Assembly (NCBI RefSeq): GCF_009914755.1
Contig: NC_060940.1
Source of the DNA: the human T2T-CHM13v2.0 reference genome, Homo sapiens
Strand: one strand, 5' to 3'
DNA: 64,000 nt
Shown here: positions 18,548 through 47,020 of the stretch, in pieces
Numbering within the stretch: the stretch's first letter is position 1
Layout of the letters: each line of letters begins with the position of its first letter
Program-made: the position numbers and the translations under genes
Notes under the pieces: generated by a model
What the model saw: the letters and a program-made list of their open reading frames with translations, nothing else
Told to the model about the DNA's origin: nothing
The model's database searches: none

Positions 18548-19004
18548 TGTCAGGCCTCTGAGCCCAAGCCAAGCCATTGCATCCCCTGTGACTTGCACGT
18601 ATACATCCAGATGGCCTGAAGTAACTGAAGATCCACACAAGAAGTAAAAATAGCCTTAACTGATGACATTCCACCATTGTGATTTGTTTCTGCCCCACCC
18701 TAACTCTTCAATGTACTTTGTAATCTCCCCCACCCTTAAGAAGGTACTTTGTAATCTCCCCAACCCTTAAGAAGGTTCTTTGTAATTCTCCCCACCCTTG
18801 AGAATGTACTTTGTGAGATCCACCCCTGCCTGCAAAACATGGCTCTTCACCCCCTATCCCAAAACCTGTAAGAACTAATGATAATCCACCACCCTTTGCT
18901 GACTCTCTTTTCGGACTCAGCCCGCCTGCACCCAGGTGAAATAAACAGCCATGTTGCTCACACAAAGCCTGTTTGGTGGTCTCTTCACACGGACGCGCAT
19001 GAAA
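18548..19004 (+). mobile_element. Second, solo LTR7-family LTR inside an AluS (Alu parts 18378-18547 and 19010-19068)
   Basis: full LTR with CACAC TSD at 18543-18547 and 19005-19009. Confidence 0.94.
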
Positions 19005-19710
19005 CACACGACTGCACTTCAGGCTGGGCGACAGAGCTAGATTCCATCTCAAAAAAAATAAAATAAAAAGGAGTCACCTCCCCCGAGAGGCCTCTGGACC
19101 ACCCCATCTGAGCAGGCCACTCTTCCTTCTCTATCTTACCATCTTGTTTCTGTCCCAGTAGTTAGGGCTACCTCCAGTAATCCTATTTGTCCCTTTACTG
19201 TTTAGTGCGTCTCGCTTGACTAGAAGCTCCATGAAAGCAAGAGACCCTACCTGCCTCCTTCGCCACTAGACCCCCAGGGCCTGGTATGTGGTGATCGCTC
19301 AGGGCCCATTTTCTTCCTTTCCTCCTCCTCCAAGGGTGGGGAAAGAGCATCAGAAGGTCTAGGTGGCCCCAGGCCCAAACAATGCTCCTTTAAAAGGAAA
19401 CTAGATTGTTACAAAGGTCAGAGGCTGAAAAGTTATTTCCGCCTTTTATCCCTCTAAATTCTTCACTTCCTGAAAAAACAAACAAACAAAAAAGCCACTG
19501 AGGGCCCTTGGACTAAATCCAGGCCTGAGTTGCTGGGCAGAGGTCAGTCTTGTCCAGACATGGGAAAAAAATAACTCGAGTCAGACAGGTGGGTCACCAC
19601 AGAACTAATCCAGCCTGCAAATGGCCTGTGCAATCTTCAGCTCTGTCCAGACCTGCCTCCCTCTGGGGATGCCTTTAAAGGTGATGAATGATCTGGATGA
19701 ATGGGCTTAG

Positions 19711-20790
<1,080 letters not shown>

Positions 20791-21069
20791 AACAAGGTCC
20801 AGCTAAAATCAGGGTCCAGCTCCACCACAAGCGCAGCTCCAGGGGCTGTTGAGTTTTGCCTCTACCATTCCAAGTAGTCTCTGCTCCAGACCAAGTCCCA
20901 CCATCTGGCAGTCATGTCAGTCCAACCACAGTCATATCAGGGCACTTCCAGTCATTGAGTGCCTCTTGAGGAGGCTGGAGGAGAGGCCAATGACATTTGC
21001 ACTTGAGACTCCAGAGTCTAGATTTATAACCACTATGTTACGGCTGCCAGTGTGGCTGCAAGGACACTT

Positions 21070-22940
<1,871 letters not shown>

Positions 22941-23483
22941 CACTTCTCATTCTTTAAACCAGACCTCATTTGTCCATCTCCCCCATCCCCCGCCCCACCC
23001 CACGGACTGTCCTATAATGCCCATACAACAGGTCACTGTTTAGAAAGTGCTACAAAGTTACAAACACAGTCCCTTCTGAGCCTCCCACCAATGTTGGTGG
23101 GTACAAGGTCAAAAAAAAAAATCTCATCTATCTAAGGGGCATAGGAGACTTTTTAGTTAGAGGGCCCAATTATAGTCCTCCTGAAAAGATGCCAAAAGTC
23201 CCCTTCAACACTTAGCAAAGATTCAAGAAAGATGAATCTCACATTCTTTGTATGGGAAATGAGGAACTTGACATCTTCAATATAATGGATTCCACTAAAA
23301 TAAGATGACGATCAATAGGAACCAACTAAAAAAATACTTGACTAGCTGTTATTGAAAGGCTGAAATTCAGCTGACATAAGCAGTATTAATATTGAGCTAG
23401 AAAATAATTCGCATTGAATTCAGCCCAACTTTTGTTTTCTGATTTGGGTCTCTTCTAAATTTTTTTTTTCTTCTGGACATTGA

Positions 23484-23846
<363 letters not shown>

Positions 23847-24659
23847 ACACCTAGGTGATTTTTAAAGTTCTTCTAGTAGAGACAGGGTCTCACTATGTCG
23901 GGTCGCCGTGTTTGATGTCAGTTTTCCCTGCCAGAATCTACAATCTCCTTGATCACCATTATATCCCAACGAAGAGCTCAGTACCTGGTACAAAGCACAT
24001 TTGATCAATACTTGCTGAATAAAGAAATAAAAATGAAGAGGCACTCCAGCCTGGGCAACAGAGTGAGATGGTCTCAAAAAAACAAAAACAAAAACAAAAA
24101 ACGACTGGAAAGGAGATGAGGGTACTTGTGAAGCCATATTATATGACACGCTCTGTGCTAGGACTTTTATATACCTTGTCTCATCTCTTCATCTCATATA
24201 ATCCTTACAAGGATCTCAAAAGTGGGGAAATCCCCATATAACTGAAGACGAAGGCAGTTCAGAAGTTCACTGATTTGCCCTAAGGTTCCTCAATTTGCAA
24301 ACGTCAGGCCAATGATCCAACCCCAGGTATGTTTGGCAGTGAAGGACCAGTTGAGTCACAGCTGCAAGTAACCACCCTGCAGTGGTCCCTATCTTGGCCG
24401 TTAGCTTACATTGACATTTAACACTCAAATTTACTCAGTAACACCAGCTATCATGTTTTCCACTAAAACTCCACAGCATTCTGGCAACTTTTCTATTTTA
24501 GAGCAATAAAGTAAATTGTTAGCATCCCTTTGACATATAAATATTTCTACAAATAGTAATTCTCTAGCCATTCATTTGGAGTATTTAAAACTCAACATTC
24601 ATAGCACATTTTATGTGACAAAGAACTTATGTTCAGAACACAAAAATAAGTCGTACGTC

Positions 24660-25534
<875 letters not shown>

Positions 25535-26204
25535 TCAACGTAAAACAGGCTGTTGATATGTTTGCAGATATATAGCAAGTCTTAAGTCCAAGACTGCAAT
25601 ATAGTTTGGCTACTTCAGATTGATTGCAGTAGTTTTATCTATTACACTATACCCTTACATCATTTATCTTCTACTCACAAGAGGCAAGCACACAGTAAGA
25701 GAAAGCCTTTTGTTTTGAAGGGAAATCTTCTTCAGAATATTAAGTCTAATTTATCAATATACTTAATAAAGCACATTACAAAAAAAAAAGTCACAGCACA
25801 TTTACTATAAAGCAGACTGCAGAAAAACATTACAACTAATGCTTTATTATGAAGTTCTCGAAGATCACCATTCATTCAGAAGCCCCCATCTCTGGTCGAA
25901 CTTTACCCCATTTAGGATGAAGAGGAGAGATCTTTGTTTGCAGCAAATCTAAAATTTACGTGATCTGCCTAAAGGAACTGTCTTTACATACACCACCTCC
26001 CACCCCAAAAATAGAAGAAAAAACTGAGCAATTTGCCATCCTTGCGATTATCTCAGGTTCTTCCATCTGCCCCATGTACTTCCCAAATGAAAGACTGCCT
26101 GAAAACAGCATGTTAGATTTCTGGATTTACCAGCTTGCCCAACTACAAATCCTATTCCAAAAAACTCAAAAAATAAGGTCTTTGTTCTACAGTAATGACC
26201 ATTA

Positions 26205-26414
<210 letters not shown>

Positions 26415-26773
26415 TTACTGTCAATTAATAAAAATTACAATTCATAACCACTCAAAGAATAAAGCAATTGATAAGATGCTATCAAATTGACATCCAAAGT
26501 TAGGGGGCAGTAAGAGGAGCAGCCTGCTCTATAATAAAATGGTATCAGCAAGTCAAGACATTTGCTTTTGGGGATTTTTACATTTTATTTCATTTCAACC
26601 TCAGTTTTTGTTGGCAAGCAGCATTCATATATCATATGACTTCTACAACTAAAATGAAGCTATTAGCACTAGTATTTAGTAATCTAGTAACTCTCCTTCC
26701 AGCCCTCTTCACCCCATGTATGTTTATCACATGATATACACAATGTACATTTACCTCCGTAAGAGTAAACTTA

Positions 26774-26922
<149 letters not shown>

Positions 26923-27156
26923 CTACAGAAGTTAAATGAAATGTCATTAAGTTAATGTGCTTTTATTATAAATTTTGATTTATGTTTGGCATTATTAAAA
27001 ACTAATCACCAATGAACAGCTCCTTTAATATTTCAGGCAGTTAAACACTATAAGCATTACTGAGAGCTATATAAAAATCATACTTCATACAAAATTACTG
27101 TACCTCAGACCCCTAAAAAGCAGTTGCCTTCAAAGGCTCAAAAATCAGTAAGTCGA

Positions 27157-27467
<311 letters not shown>

Positions 27468-27884
27468 CTACTATTTAAGGGGACAAATCTAGACCTGCAT
27501 TAGCAAATCTTGCTCAATCCAGAATACTCATTAAACTTTTTAATAACATCTTATCAAGTGTTCCATTTGTGATAAAGAACTTAATTAACGAGCCACATCA
27601 AGATGAAAATCAAGAAAAATATTTAGCTGAAACACTACTTTGTCCTTTATCAAACAAAATGGCTAGATAAATCTCAAAGTATTAAGGTGGTCATTTTTTT
27701 TATTTGACTTAATTTTAAGTGCTTTTCATTTCCCAAATCAAACATAAATAGGGCAGCCCTAAATTTGTTGCTTCACATGGGATTCTGCCCCCACAAAAAT
27801 GTAAAATAACTTCCAGATTTTCCAGTAAAATATACTAAGCCAAACATTTTGAGCAACTTGTCCACTAAAATAACTTTAAAACTA

Positions 27885-28097
<213 letters not shown>

Positions 28098-30893
28098 CTA
28101 GGAAGACAGCAAAGTACACAGCACTTTTCTGACAAAATTCCTTCCACGAGGATGCCATTATTTTGGTTTTTATGTTGAAGATGTGACTACCACTTAATTA
28201 GTACTCAAATTGGAGTGGCAAACCAGAAAGTCACAGCTACAGACTTTCAGTGGAGCTGACTCGCCCCTGTGTCTCCTTCCTGTTTTCATGTGTTGCAGCC
28301 TGTTCTCTTCAGAGCCTGACACACTGACAGTAGACCTCTGCAGGACAACTTTGACACCCAGTTCTCTCCAAGCTGCCAGTGAGCTCCCTGTGCAGCCTCA
28401 CTCCTCACCTACAGCATGAGCCCTTGCACAGCTCTCCCAGCATCACAATCTTGTATCTCAGTCCTGGCTTCTTTCACTGCTGGCATCCCTCCGTCTCTCC
28501 CTTTTTCACCTACTTTTCTTTTTTCAAAGAATTCTTCTCTTTCATCTGCTTATATGAAAAATAATGACACCTCTGAAATTCTTTCCTGTAGTTCTGCAGC
28601 ATCAATGCCAGGAAGACAGGCCTCATCCTCCCAGCTTCTATGCTGCTCCTTTCAGATCCCTTACCCTGTCCCCATTTTCATGACACGGGCTCTCCAGCCA
28701 GGAAGAAGACACTGTTTCTCACTCTCTCTCTTTTCCATCTTTGCCTGTCCCTCTCGCTGTGTAACTTCCCTTATAACTCAGCCTGAGGCCAGTGCTAGAA
28801 AGGCACATCACCTGACTTATTCTGTGCCTGATTCTACCTAGATCAGTGCAACCACTGGCTTCTCAGGGGGACCCTTGAGTACTGGGCACTGATGAACTGC
28901 TGCCAACACAGTCATCATTTCTGCCATTAAAAGGTCCTAAGTCCTCTCCAGTGGCAGGTTCCCCAAGTCCCCACTATGCTCTATAATGCCCTATGCTTTC
29001 AGCTAATGACTCAGTCCTCAGAAAAAACAAACAAATAAACAAAAAAACACAGGCTTTAATTTCCTCTACCCCTACCCCCAATCCACCATACACTGCCGAA
29101 ATTCTGTCTATACCAACTTTGACTGCTTTCCTTGAGGCAGAGAAAAGGTGAGGGCCAGTTAATCTATCAATGTTCTTTCTCCTGTTTCTTCAACCTCTGC
29201 TTTCTAGTGGCTCCTTCCCCTTGGCCAAAAGAACATAATCTCTCCAACATTTAAAATAAACATCTCATATTTCCCTCCAGCAACAGCTTCCTATCCTCGA
29301 CTTCAAGAAAAACTCACTGACCAAATAACTTACCTCAAGCTTTTCATTTTCAAATGTCTCTACCACTCAATACTATTCAATCTAGCTTCTTCTGTCTCTC
29401 TACAAAACTCTTTTTCCTTATAATCCCTAGAGCATCTGACAAGGCTGACTACTCCCATCTGGATGTCCTATATCTAGGGCACTTCCCTTCTCAATGTCCC
29501 TGTATTTTTTTGAATGGCTTCCTCTTCTATCCTTTCACAAAAATGCTAAACTAGGATTCTGACCCAGGCCTTCCTTCCTCTTCACTCACTATTCTCCAGA
29601 GGCTTCTCTCTGGTTTGGTTGCTTACAAAGGCTCTAGAGTATAGAGACTGAAAAGGAAAGAGGGCCTTTTCTGTGTACTAATCATCTGCAAATCTCTCAA
29701 GCTTAGACTGTCTCCTTAGTTCAAAATCCAATTCTTAACAGCTTACCCAACAATCTCATCTGCACATTTCATTAGAAATCTTAAAACATGGCTTGTTCTC
29801 TGTGTGCTCCTACTCCAGTTAATAGCATTGTTTCTCTTCCCTCTACCATTGCCCCCATAAATTAATGGTCTCCATGCTTCCATACTTGCCCCGCACCTCC
29901 AGTCTCTTCACCACAGCAGAATGAACCAAGTCAGATCACAACACAACTCTGTTCAAATCCCACCTGAAATTTTCAGTCTTACTAGAATAACAGCCAAAGT
30001 TCTTTTCTCAGTTCCCAGCTACTTCTCTGCCCTTATATCCTACTGTTTAAGGCGCTCCTAAACACACAGGCCTCCCAGCTATTTCCAGAACACTCCAAGC
30101 CCATCATTCTCACATCAGGTCTAGGCCCAAAGGGCATCCTGATGGGCATGTCTTGACCTTGTGTCTTCCCTCCAAAGAAGGTCAGCTTTACCTAACTGCT
30201 TTCCTTATGGCACAGAAAAGGTGAGTGAGGTCCAATTAGTCCTTCTATCAATAATCTTTATCTAATCTTTGCTTTAAAAGGTTGGAATTTGTGTCTGTTT
30301 TATGTGCTGCCTGGGTCACAGCACATGCTCAGTGAAGCAATTACACATTAACCCATTTAGCAGTAGAAGGCAAGGGTATCAGACAAAGTCTAATGACCTT
30401 TATCTTCCCAGCCAAGTGTCTGCAACAGAGTGAGTGCTCAGTTTTGAATTACAGAATTAATAAAAGCACAGAGGAATGAGAAGAAAGTTTAATTTACAGA
30501 TGTTCACAAACTCTGTCCTCATTAGAATAAATGTTTTTGATATATTCAGACCTCATTTCGAAACAAAGCCATCAAATGTGATTCTTTCTAAAGCAGTACA
30601 AATTTTTCTTTATATTCACTCTGGCATAATCTTCAAACTGTATTAAGGTTTTAGAACGACAGGTTCTGAAAATTAATACCAAATGACTATCTCAGCAGTG
30701 TTTTCCCATTATACAAATACCTTCCCTCATCTCTGATGTCAGTTTCCTGTTGTCATTTTCATAATGGCAGTAAGTTAGAAATATAACCATTTTGAGTATT
30801 ACTGCATATGACCAATTTTAATATTTTTTTTGCCATAGGAAAAACATCATAGTTATTGGAAATTTGTTTTATAACTGGAAACAGAAAGCCTTA

Positions 30894-31130
<237 letters not shown>

Positions 31131-31170
31131 TCAGATCAATTAGAAATATTTCAAAGAGCACAGAAACCTA

Positions 31171-31410
<240 letters not shown>

Positions 31411-31439
31411 TTATTTCTTTATTTATCTAACTACTTACT

Positions 31440-31738
<299 letters not shown>

Positions 31739-32399
31739 TAACATGGCAAATTTTGTTTTTTTAAATATTGAGTGGGAAAAACAGATCATAAAACCATGTG
31801 CCTATGTACGCTGATGTTTTGGTGAAGAATGGAGAAAACGACATGAAAGAAAAAAGAATTACAAAGCGTATGGATATGGAAATATGGGACTACAAAAGGA
31901 CACACAACAGAAGTTACTACAAAGATATGGAAGTATGAGCAGTTCTTTTATTTTCCTAAGTTCGCAAGATTTCATTAAACTAACATAAATGGACACAGAA
32001 TATTATGGTACAAGCTCCTCTACCCGGAGGAAGCAATGAGTCTGAATGTAGAGTTCACAGGACTAACGAGCAAATACTCTGACAATAAAGGGTAATTTGT
32101 ATCAGACTCTGAGGGGGAAGGAGCTCAACTAGGGATCAAGTTCAAAAGCATTTATAAAACAACTGACAGGTCTTGTTTTACAGTGTGATTTGCCACTAAT
32201 TCTTAAATAAGAAAGGCACTCCAGTATTGCTGCTAACTGAAGAACAAACTGAAGATGCCTCCTGGTGAAGGGATTTATAGCAAGCTTCAATGCTGAAAGC
32301 AAACAAAGCTGTTTTAAGATTTGGCTACAATGTCAGTGAGTAATACAAAGAACTTAAACATAAAGTAATTCTATCACCCATTTCCTTCCCTCCAACCTA

Positions 32400-32567
<168 letters not shown>

Positions 32568-33032
32568 TCAGAAAAGTTAGTCACCCAATACCATTAAAAC
32601 ATAAATCCCTATAAAATTTACAACTGATCAGTCTGTGCCTGCTTAAAGCCAAATGTATTTAACAATTATTGTCACAATTTTCACATTATTTAGCTCAGAA
32701 TTCTTTAAAATGTTACATATAAAATAGCCACAAAGGGTGACTAACAGAACCTTAGCAGCACATGGATGTTTGTACCCCCACCCCAAAGTTACCCAAAAAC
32801 ATTTAACCTGTGACCTCTGTAGGAATAACACATGGAGTAAAAAGAAAGCAAAAATGAAATATAAATAAACAGGAATTAAGGAATGATTAACTTCATGTGT
32901 TTGAATACTGCTTGACATTACCTGAATTGCTAAACATTTTGTTATTTTTGGATTCCAGTTATTTATTGTGAGCCCACTTTCAAGCCAGGAATTACTCAAG
33001 CATTTGTCATACGTTATAAAAACAATTTCTCC

Positions 33033-33330
33033 TGGCCAGGTGCAGTGGCTCATGCCTGTAATCCCAGCACTTTGGAAGGCCGAGGTGGGCGGATCACTTG
33101 TGGTCAGGAGTTCGAGACCAGCCTGGCCAACATGGTGAAACCCTGTCTCTACTAAAAATACAAAACTTAGCCGGGTATGGTGGTGGGTGCCTGTAATCCC
33201 AGGGACTGAGGCAAGAAGAGGCTTGAACCCGAGAGGCGGAGCTTACAGTGAGCCGAGATCGCACAACTGCACTCCAGCCTGGGCGACAGAGTGAAACTGT
33301 GTCTCAAAAAAATAAATAAATAAATAAAAA
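33033..33330 (+). mobile_element. AluS
   Basis: full dimer. Confidence 0.94.
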
Positions 33331-33639
33331 TTTTCCCCCATAAACAAATTTTCAGAATTACCTTTAAAGTTCTAAACTTTGCACGGAAGAAATAGAGTTT
33401 TAACGTGTTCTAACATGAATATTGTTTTAACATGAACAAAAACATGAACATTATTTTGACTTCTAACACTGTTTTAACACGAATAAAATAGGTAACTCTG
33501 GCAGTTGTTGCTTTTACAAAATACAGGATCAAAACCTTTGAAAATGAATCCAAGCTTTAACTTATTTTATCCATAGATTAAATCATACCAAAGGAATTAA
33601 ACCATGTTTTTCTTATTAACAGACTTAAAATGAATTTCA

Positions 33640-33843
<204 letters not shown>

Positions 33844-33879
33844 TCAGGACTGGTTCAATTTGTAGGTAAGGATGTCTCA

Positions 33880-34212
<333 letters not shown>

Positions 34213-34497
34213 TTAAAAATCTTAAAAGTTCCTAGAATAAGTGTGAGTTTTTTATGACCAATTCACATTTATCAAGTATCCTCTGTCTACCCATCATTTA
34301 AAAATAAAAAATCCCAACATGAAAGATCTTTCATTTTAGGGGAAAAAAATATATATTTTTTCCACACAACTCCCATAAGTTTTGGAAAAAAAACAAACAT
34401 ATTTCCAATGCAATTATTCAATGAAAGCTTATTCTAACAAACAAACCTGAAAATTATTGACTTTTTTCAAAAAAAATCATATACCCTCAAATCTTTA

Positions 34498-34992
<495 letters not shown>

Positions 34993-35321
34993 TCATGCCA
35001 GTCAGGAATGAAACTCATTCAATGCAACTAAGCATCTCTAGAATATCTCCACCCCCACCCCACTCCCCAAAGTGTTAATGACATCACATCAGTTAACTGT
35101 TAACCACATTTCATTACTCAATTTCAAAGCCCATTTTTGTTTCTACAGATGCTATCTTCAAAGCAATTTTCCTATTGATGAAAACTGAAATAACCCATAT
35201 GAGAAGAATGTTACTTGATACTCTGCCACCCCCAAACATATTTTCTCTTCAAAACTGCATGTAAAGTCAAGGGAATCTTAAAATTTTCTTTCCCAGATAA
35301 AATAGTCAAAGAAATGTCTTA

Positions 35322-35507
<186 letters not shown>

Positions 35508-35637
35508 TTAAAAGGTTAGCACATACTGTAAGTGGATTATTTACTTATTAACTCACTGGAGGTAAAAATATAGTAAAATTGAGACTTTCAAATGGATACA
35601 GAGATGTGATTACAACTTTAGATCCTTTTTTTATTCA

Positions 35638-35741
35638 CCTCAGATGGGTCATGTGCCGACATCATAAGAGGATTTGAGGGAGGCATATCAAACATGTGAA
35701 CATAAAAACCCAATCATTATGCTTATCTATTACAAAAGGAT
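35638..35741 (-). ncRNA. U13 (SNORD13) snoRNA retro-pseudogene in SMG1P intron 18
   Basis: ATCCTTTTGTAATAGATAAGCATAATGATTGGGT...GGCACATGACCCATCTGAGG aligns end to end with recalled U13; A-rich tail follows; box D CTGA kept, box C altered. Confidence 0.85.
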
Positions 35742-35895
35742 CAAGTTTAGGCTCTTAAAAGCTCCCAAATCAACTTGATCAAAAACAATAAAAGATTACT
35801 GTTTAGTTTTTCAAATATCTGAGCTACTAAGAAACATATTTTGGCACTACATGAGTTATTCTATACTAATTATTGTGAGCCTATAAAGCTCATTA

Positions 35896-36371
<476 letters not shown>

Positions 36372-36677
36372 TTAAAAGACAGTTACTTTCAGCTGGCCAA
36401 AAGAAATTATATCCCAGTTTGTCATAATTATCTGAATCCATTCATTCATTCAACAAAGAGTGAGTGCCTACTATAGACTAGGCACTGTTCTTGTCCAGAA
36501 TCCTCATTGACTGTCACATTTGGAAAAATGACACATTCAACAAAACCCACGTAATGTAACTGATGGGTCATCACACAAAACTTTTTCTGAGAGAAAATGT
36601 AAAAGTATATGTAAACTATAAACATTCACGTTAGCTTAAAAATGTGACAATCACTTCAAAACATTTTTCTAATACTA

Positions 36678-37016
<339 letters not shown>

Positions 37017-37173
37017 TTAAAAGCCTAGTCTTCTTACATTGGTTTTCTCTTGGTTTTTCAAACATCTCAAACAATAAAAAATAAAAATAAAAAATGAAAC
37101 TATAGAAATTACTGTCAAAATTGTTGTGTGCCTTTTAAGAAAACCTCCCAACGCAGCATGATAATAGCAAAGA

Positions 37174-37820
<647 letters not shown>

Positions 37821-38082
37821 TTAAAAATCTATATATATTCTTCTATGAAACACTGGGCGTGGGGGATTGAGGTTTTTCATGTATTTCTTTTCAGAAAGAA
37901 TAAGAAAGCCTAGATTAAATAATAAAACCAAATTATAAGGTGTTTGACAATAAAGAAGCTGCTCTACCTCACCTCTATAATCCACATTTTTTTAAATTTT
38001 TTGTAATCCACATTTCTTCTTCTCAAATTATAAAGGCAAATTAACAAAGTTAGGAATGGTTAATACTATATAATATCTGTTA

Positions 38083-38301
<219 letters not shown>

Positions 38302-38329
38302 TTAAATCAACATACATCTTCAAAATCTA

Positions 38330-38587
<258 letters not shown>

Positions 38588-38770
38588 TTATCCTTCAAAA
38601 CAGGGGTATTTGGACATTTTTAAATTAAAATTACAGATTGGAAGGGATCTAGTACACTACACCTGGGACAAATACTTTTTTGTGAAGTCAGTAAAGCCTT
38701 TGCGTGCAATATAGCATCTCTATGCAATGCAGCAACTCCTCGTCTATCGCTACAGTAAGAAAACAGCCAC

Positions 38771-41756
<2,986 letters not shown>

Positions 41757-41988
41757 TCATAAGACATTTTCTAGAAAATAAAACTAATATAAAAAAACTT
41801 ATCAAGATTTGTCAAGGAAAAAGAAGAAAAGTTAAATATAATGGCAAGAAAACATTCCTACCAATTTTATTTATCCAGGCATGTCTTAAATATGGCTGTT
41901 TGTTACATACAGTGATTCTGCAGACATGTTGACATAACAGTGAAATACATAAATATGTAATGTGGATAAAACAAAGTCATTACAATTA

Positions 41989-42336
<348 letters not shown>

Positions 42337-42947
42337 TCACTATCTGTATTAGTGCTGATGATACAAATAAATTTAAGATCGATCAATTCACTGTCTGTAG
42401 CATTTAATATTTTAATTTTTTAAAAACCAATCAGAAAACTGACACAGATCAGTATGCTATTTCAAATCTATTAAGTTTTATCACAAATAAAGAGTACTAT
42501 AAATGAAAACTGTCAATAGGAAATTTCCAAAATGGCCGTTTTTGTTTTTTTTTTTTAATAATCAACATCAAAAGACATATGCAAACAGCAGTTTAAGACT
42601 GGGTTTCTTAAATCTACCAGGAAAGTCTGTGGTGGATTTGACTAGGGGGTGGTTGAAAAGCCAGTCATTTTTGTTTACCAAATATACAGTACTTCTTAAT
42701 TTATAACTTTATAAATGTGTCAACTTGTTTTACCCTTATGAAAATTTAATAAATTTAATAACAGCAAAAGATGCATAGTCTGAAAAGAGTATCTGGCACA
42801 CCATTCATGAAAGTATTCAGTATGATTATCAAGAAATATAAATTTAAAAGAACAAATACAATCACTATATTCTAAATCAAACATTTCACATTTCACTCAA
42901 TTTCACTTATATAGCCTGGGGTAAGCAACATTAGGTCCAACTCTTCA

Positions 42948-43091
<144 letters not shown>

Positions 43092-43134
43092 CTAAAAGAA
43101 TAAAATTTTTAAAAAATGAGCTTCTCAAATTACA

Positions 43135-43600
43135 AAAAGACATGGAGAAACCTTCAAGGCACACTGGTAAGTGAAAGAAGCCAACTGAAAAGGCTACATA
43201 CTATATGACTCCAACTACATGGCATTCTGGAAAAGGCAAAACGATGGAGACAGTAAAAAGATCAGGGGTTGCCATGGGCTTAAGATGGGGGGAGGGAGGA
43301 GTGGGGAGAGGGAACGAGGAAGGAGTGGGTAGAACATAAAAGATTTTTAGGGAAGTGAAACTATCCTGTATGATACTGGTAATAGGGGAAACATGTCATT
43401 ACACATGTTAAAGTCCATAGAATACATAACACAAAGTAAACTATAAAATTAGTTAATAATAATATATCAATATTCACTCCTTTGTAATAAATGTACCACA
43501 CTAACACAATATGTTAATGAGGGGGAAACTGTTGGGATGAAGAAGGTATATGGGAACTCACTGTTTTCTGCTCAATTTTCTGTATATCTAAAAAATGAAG
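43135..43600 (+). mobile_element. Old L1M(C-like) 3' fragment
   Basis: aagtgaaagaagccaactgaaaaggctacatactatatgactcc...ggaaaaggcaaaac. Confidence 0.8.
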
Positions 43601-43982
43601 TCTTTTAATTTAGAAAAATATATCTAAGCTATATTTTAAGGCCTTAATACTGTGACATTAAAGTGTTTAGACACCTAAATAGGACACACGTATTTTACAG
43701 TTATCATGGGCATTTTTTCACATTAGCAAAGAGAGGTGTAATTCTGGCAGAAATGCTCAGCAGAATGTCATCTAGAATTTGCTTTAAAATAATCCAGTTG
43801 GAGATGAAAGGATAGCAAAGAGGCCTAGATGAAACCAGATGGGCCATTTGTTTCTAATTATAGAAGCTGAGTGTTAAATATGTACAAATTTATTATACTA
43901 TGCTCCCTATTTTTATGTGCTTCAGAACGTCCATAATAAAAGTGGGGGGAGGATATTTATGGTTAAGAAATTAAAGGAGGCC

Positions 43983-45615
<1,633 letters not shown>

Positions 45616-46296
45616 TTAAAAAAATTCACGTGCTTCCACAAAGCAAGAAAATACTTTCTATTTAATGCAATTTCAACTGAAAATTAACTGCTTGCCTTGC
45701 CAGCAGTCTCTTAATATTCTAGTTCTCAGTAGCTGAATAATAATGATGCCTTTACTACAATATGTAAACATGATCTTGGCTAAAAAATCCTAAAGTGCTA
45801 CTATGACAGGAAATGGAAGCTGCCATCCTCTATTTCCCACATACCCAACTTCGTTTCTCCCAATGTCACTAAATGGCTGAAGCTCAGAATCTTTATCATG
45901 AAATACACCACGACAGTAATGGTATTGACAGCATGGGAATAGCCTGCCCACACATACTACAAGCTAGCTCTTGGGCTTTTGGGAATCAATCTTTCAAAAC
46001 TGAACATACAAGTCACTTTAAGCTTATTAAAGTTTCTATCTACTGATGGTCTCTTTTGAAAGATAAGCACTCTCATGCTTGCCACATAATATCTTCAAAA
46101 ATCATATTATTTCCAATACACACACACACAAAATCCCCCACTTAACTATAATGGCCAATAATTGTGTACTAAATTTCTAATAAAATAGGGGAGAAAACAG
46201 AGCAAATGTTAAAAAATATTTCTATAATATTTAACAACCAATACATACAGGATTTTATTTAGTCTACCCATAGTTTTCATTAAAAGTATCCTTAGA

Positions 46297-47020
<724 letters not shown>

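Noticed and set aside
18068-18812. CRISPR-like short repeats
   Set aside because: Tandem units with no spacers, intrinsic to LTR7 U3; eukaryotic DNA with no cas genes
23862-24149. 95-aa ORF downstream of SMG1P
   Set aside because: Assembled from Alu-tail and L2 fragments; no recognisable domain
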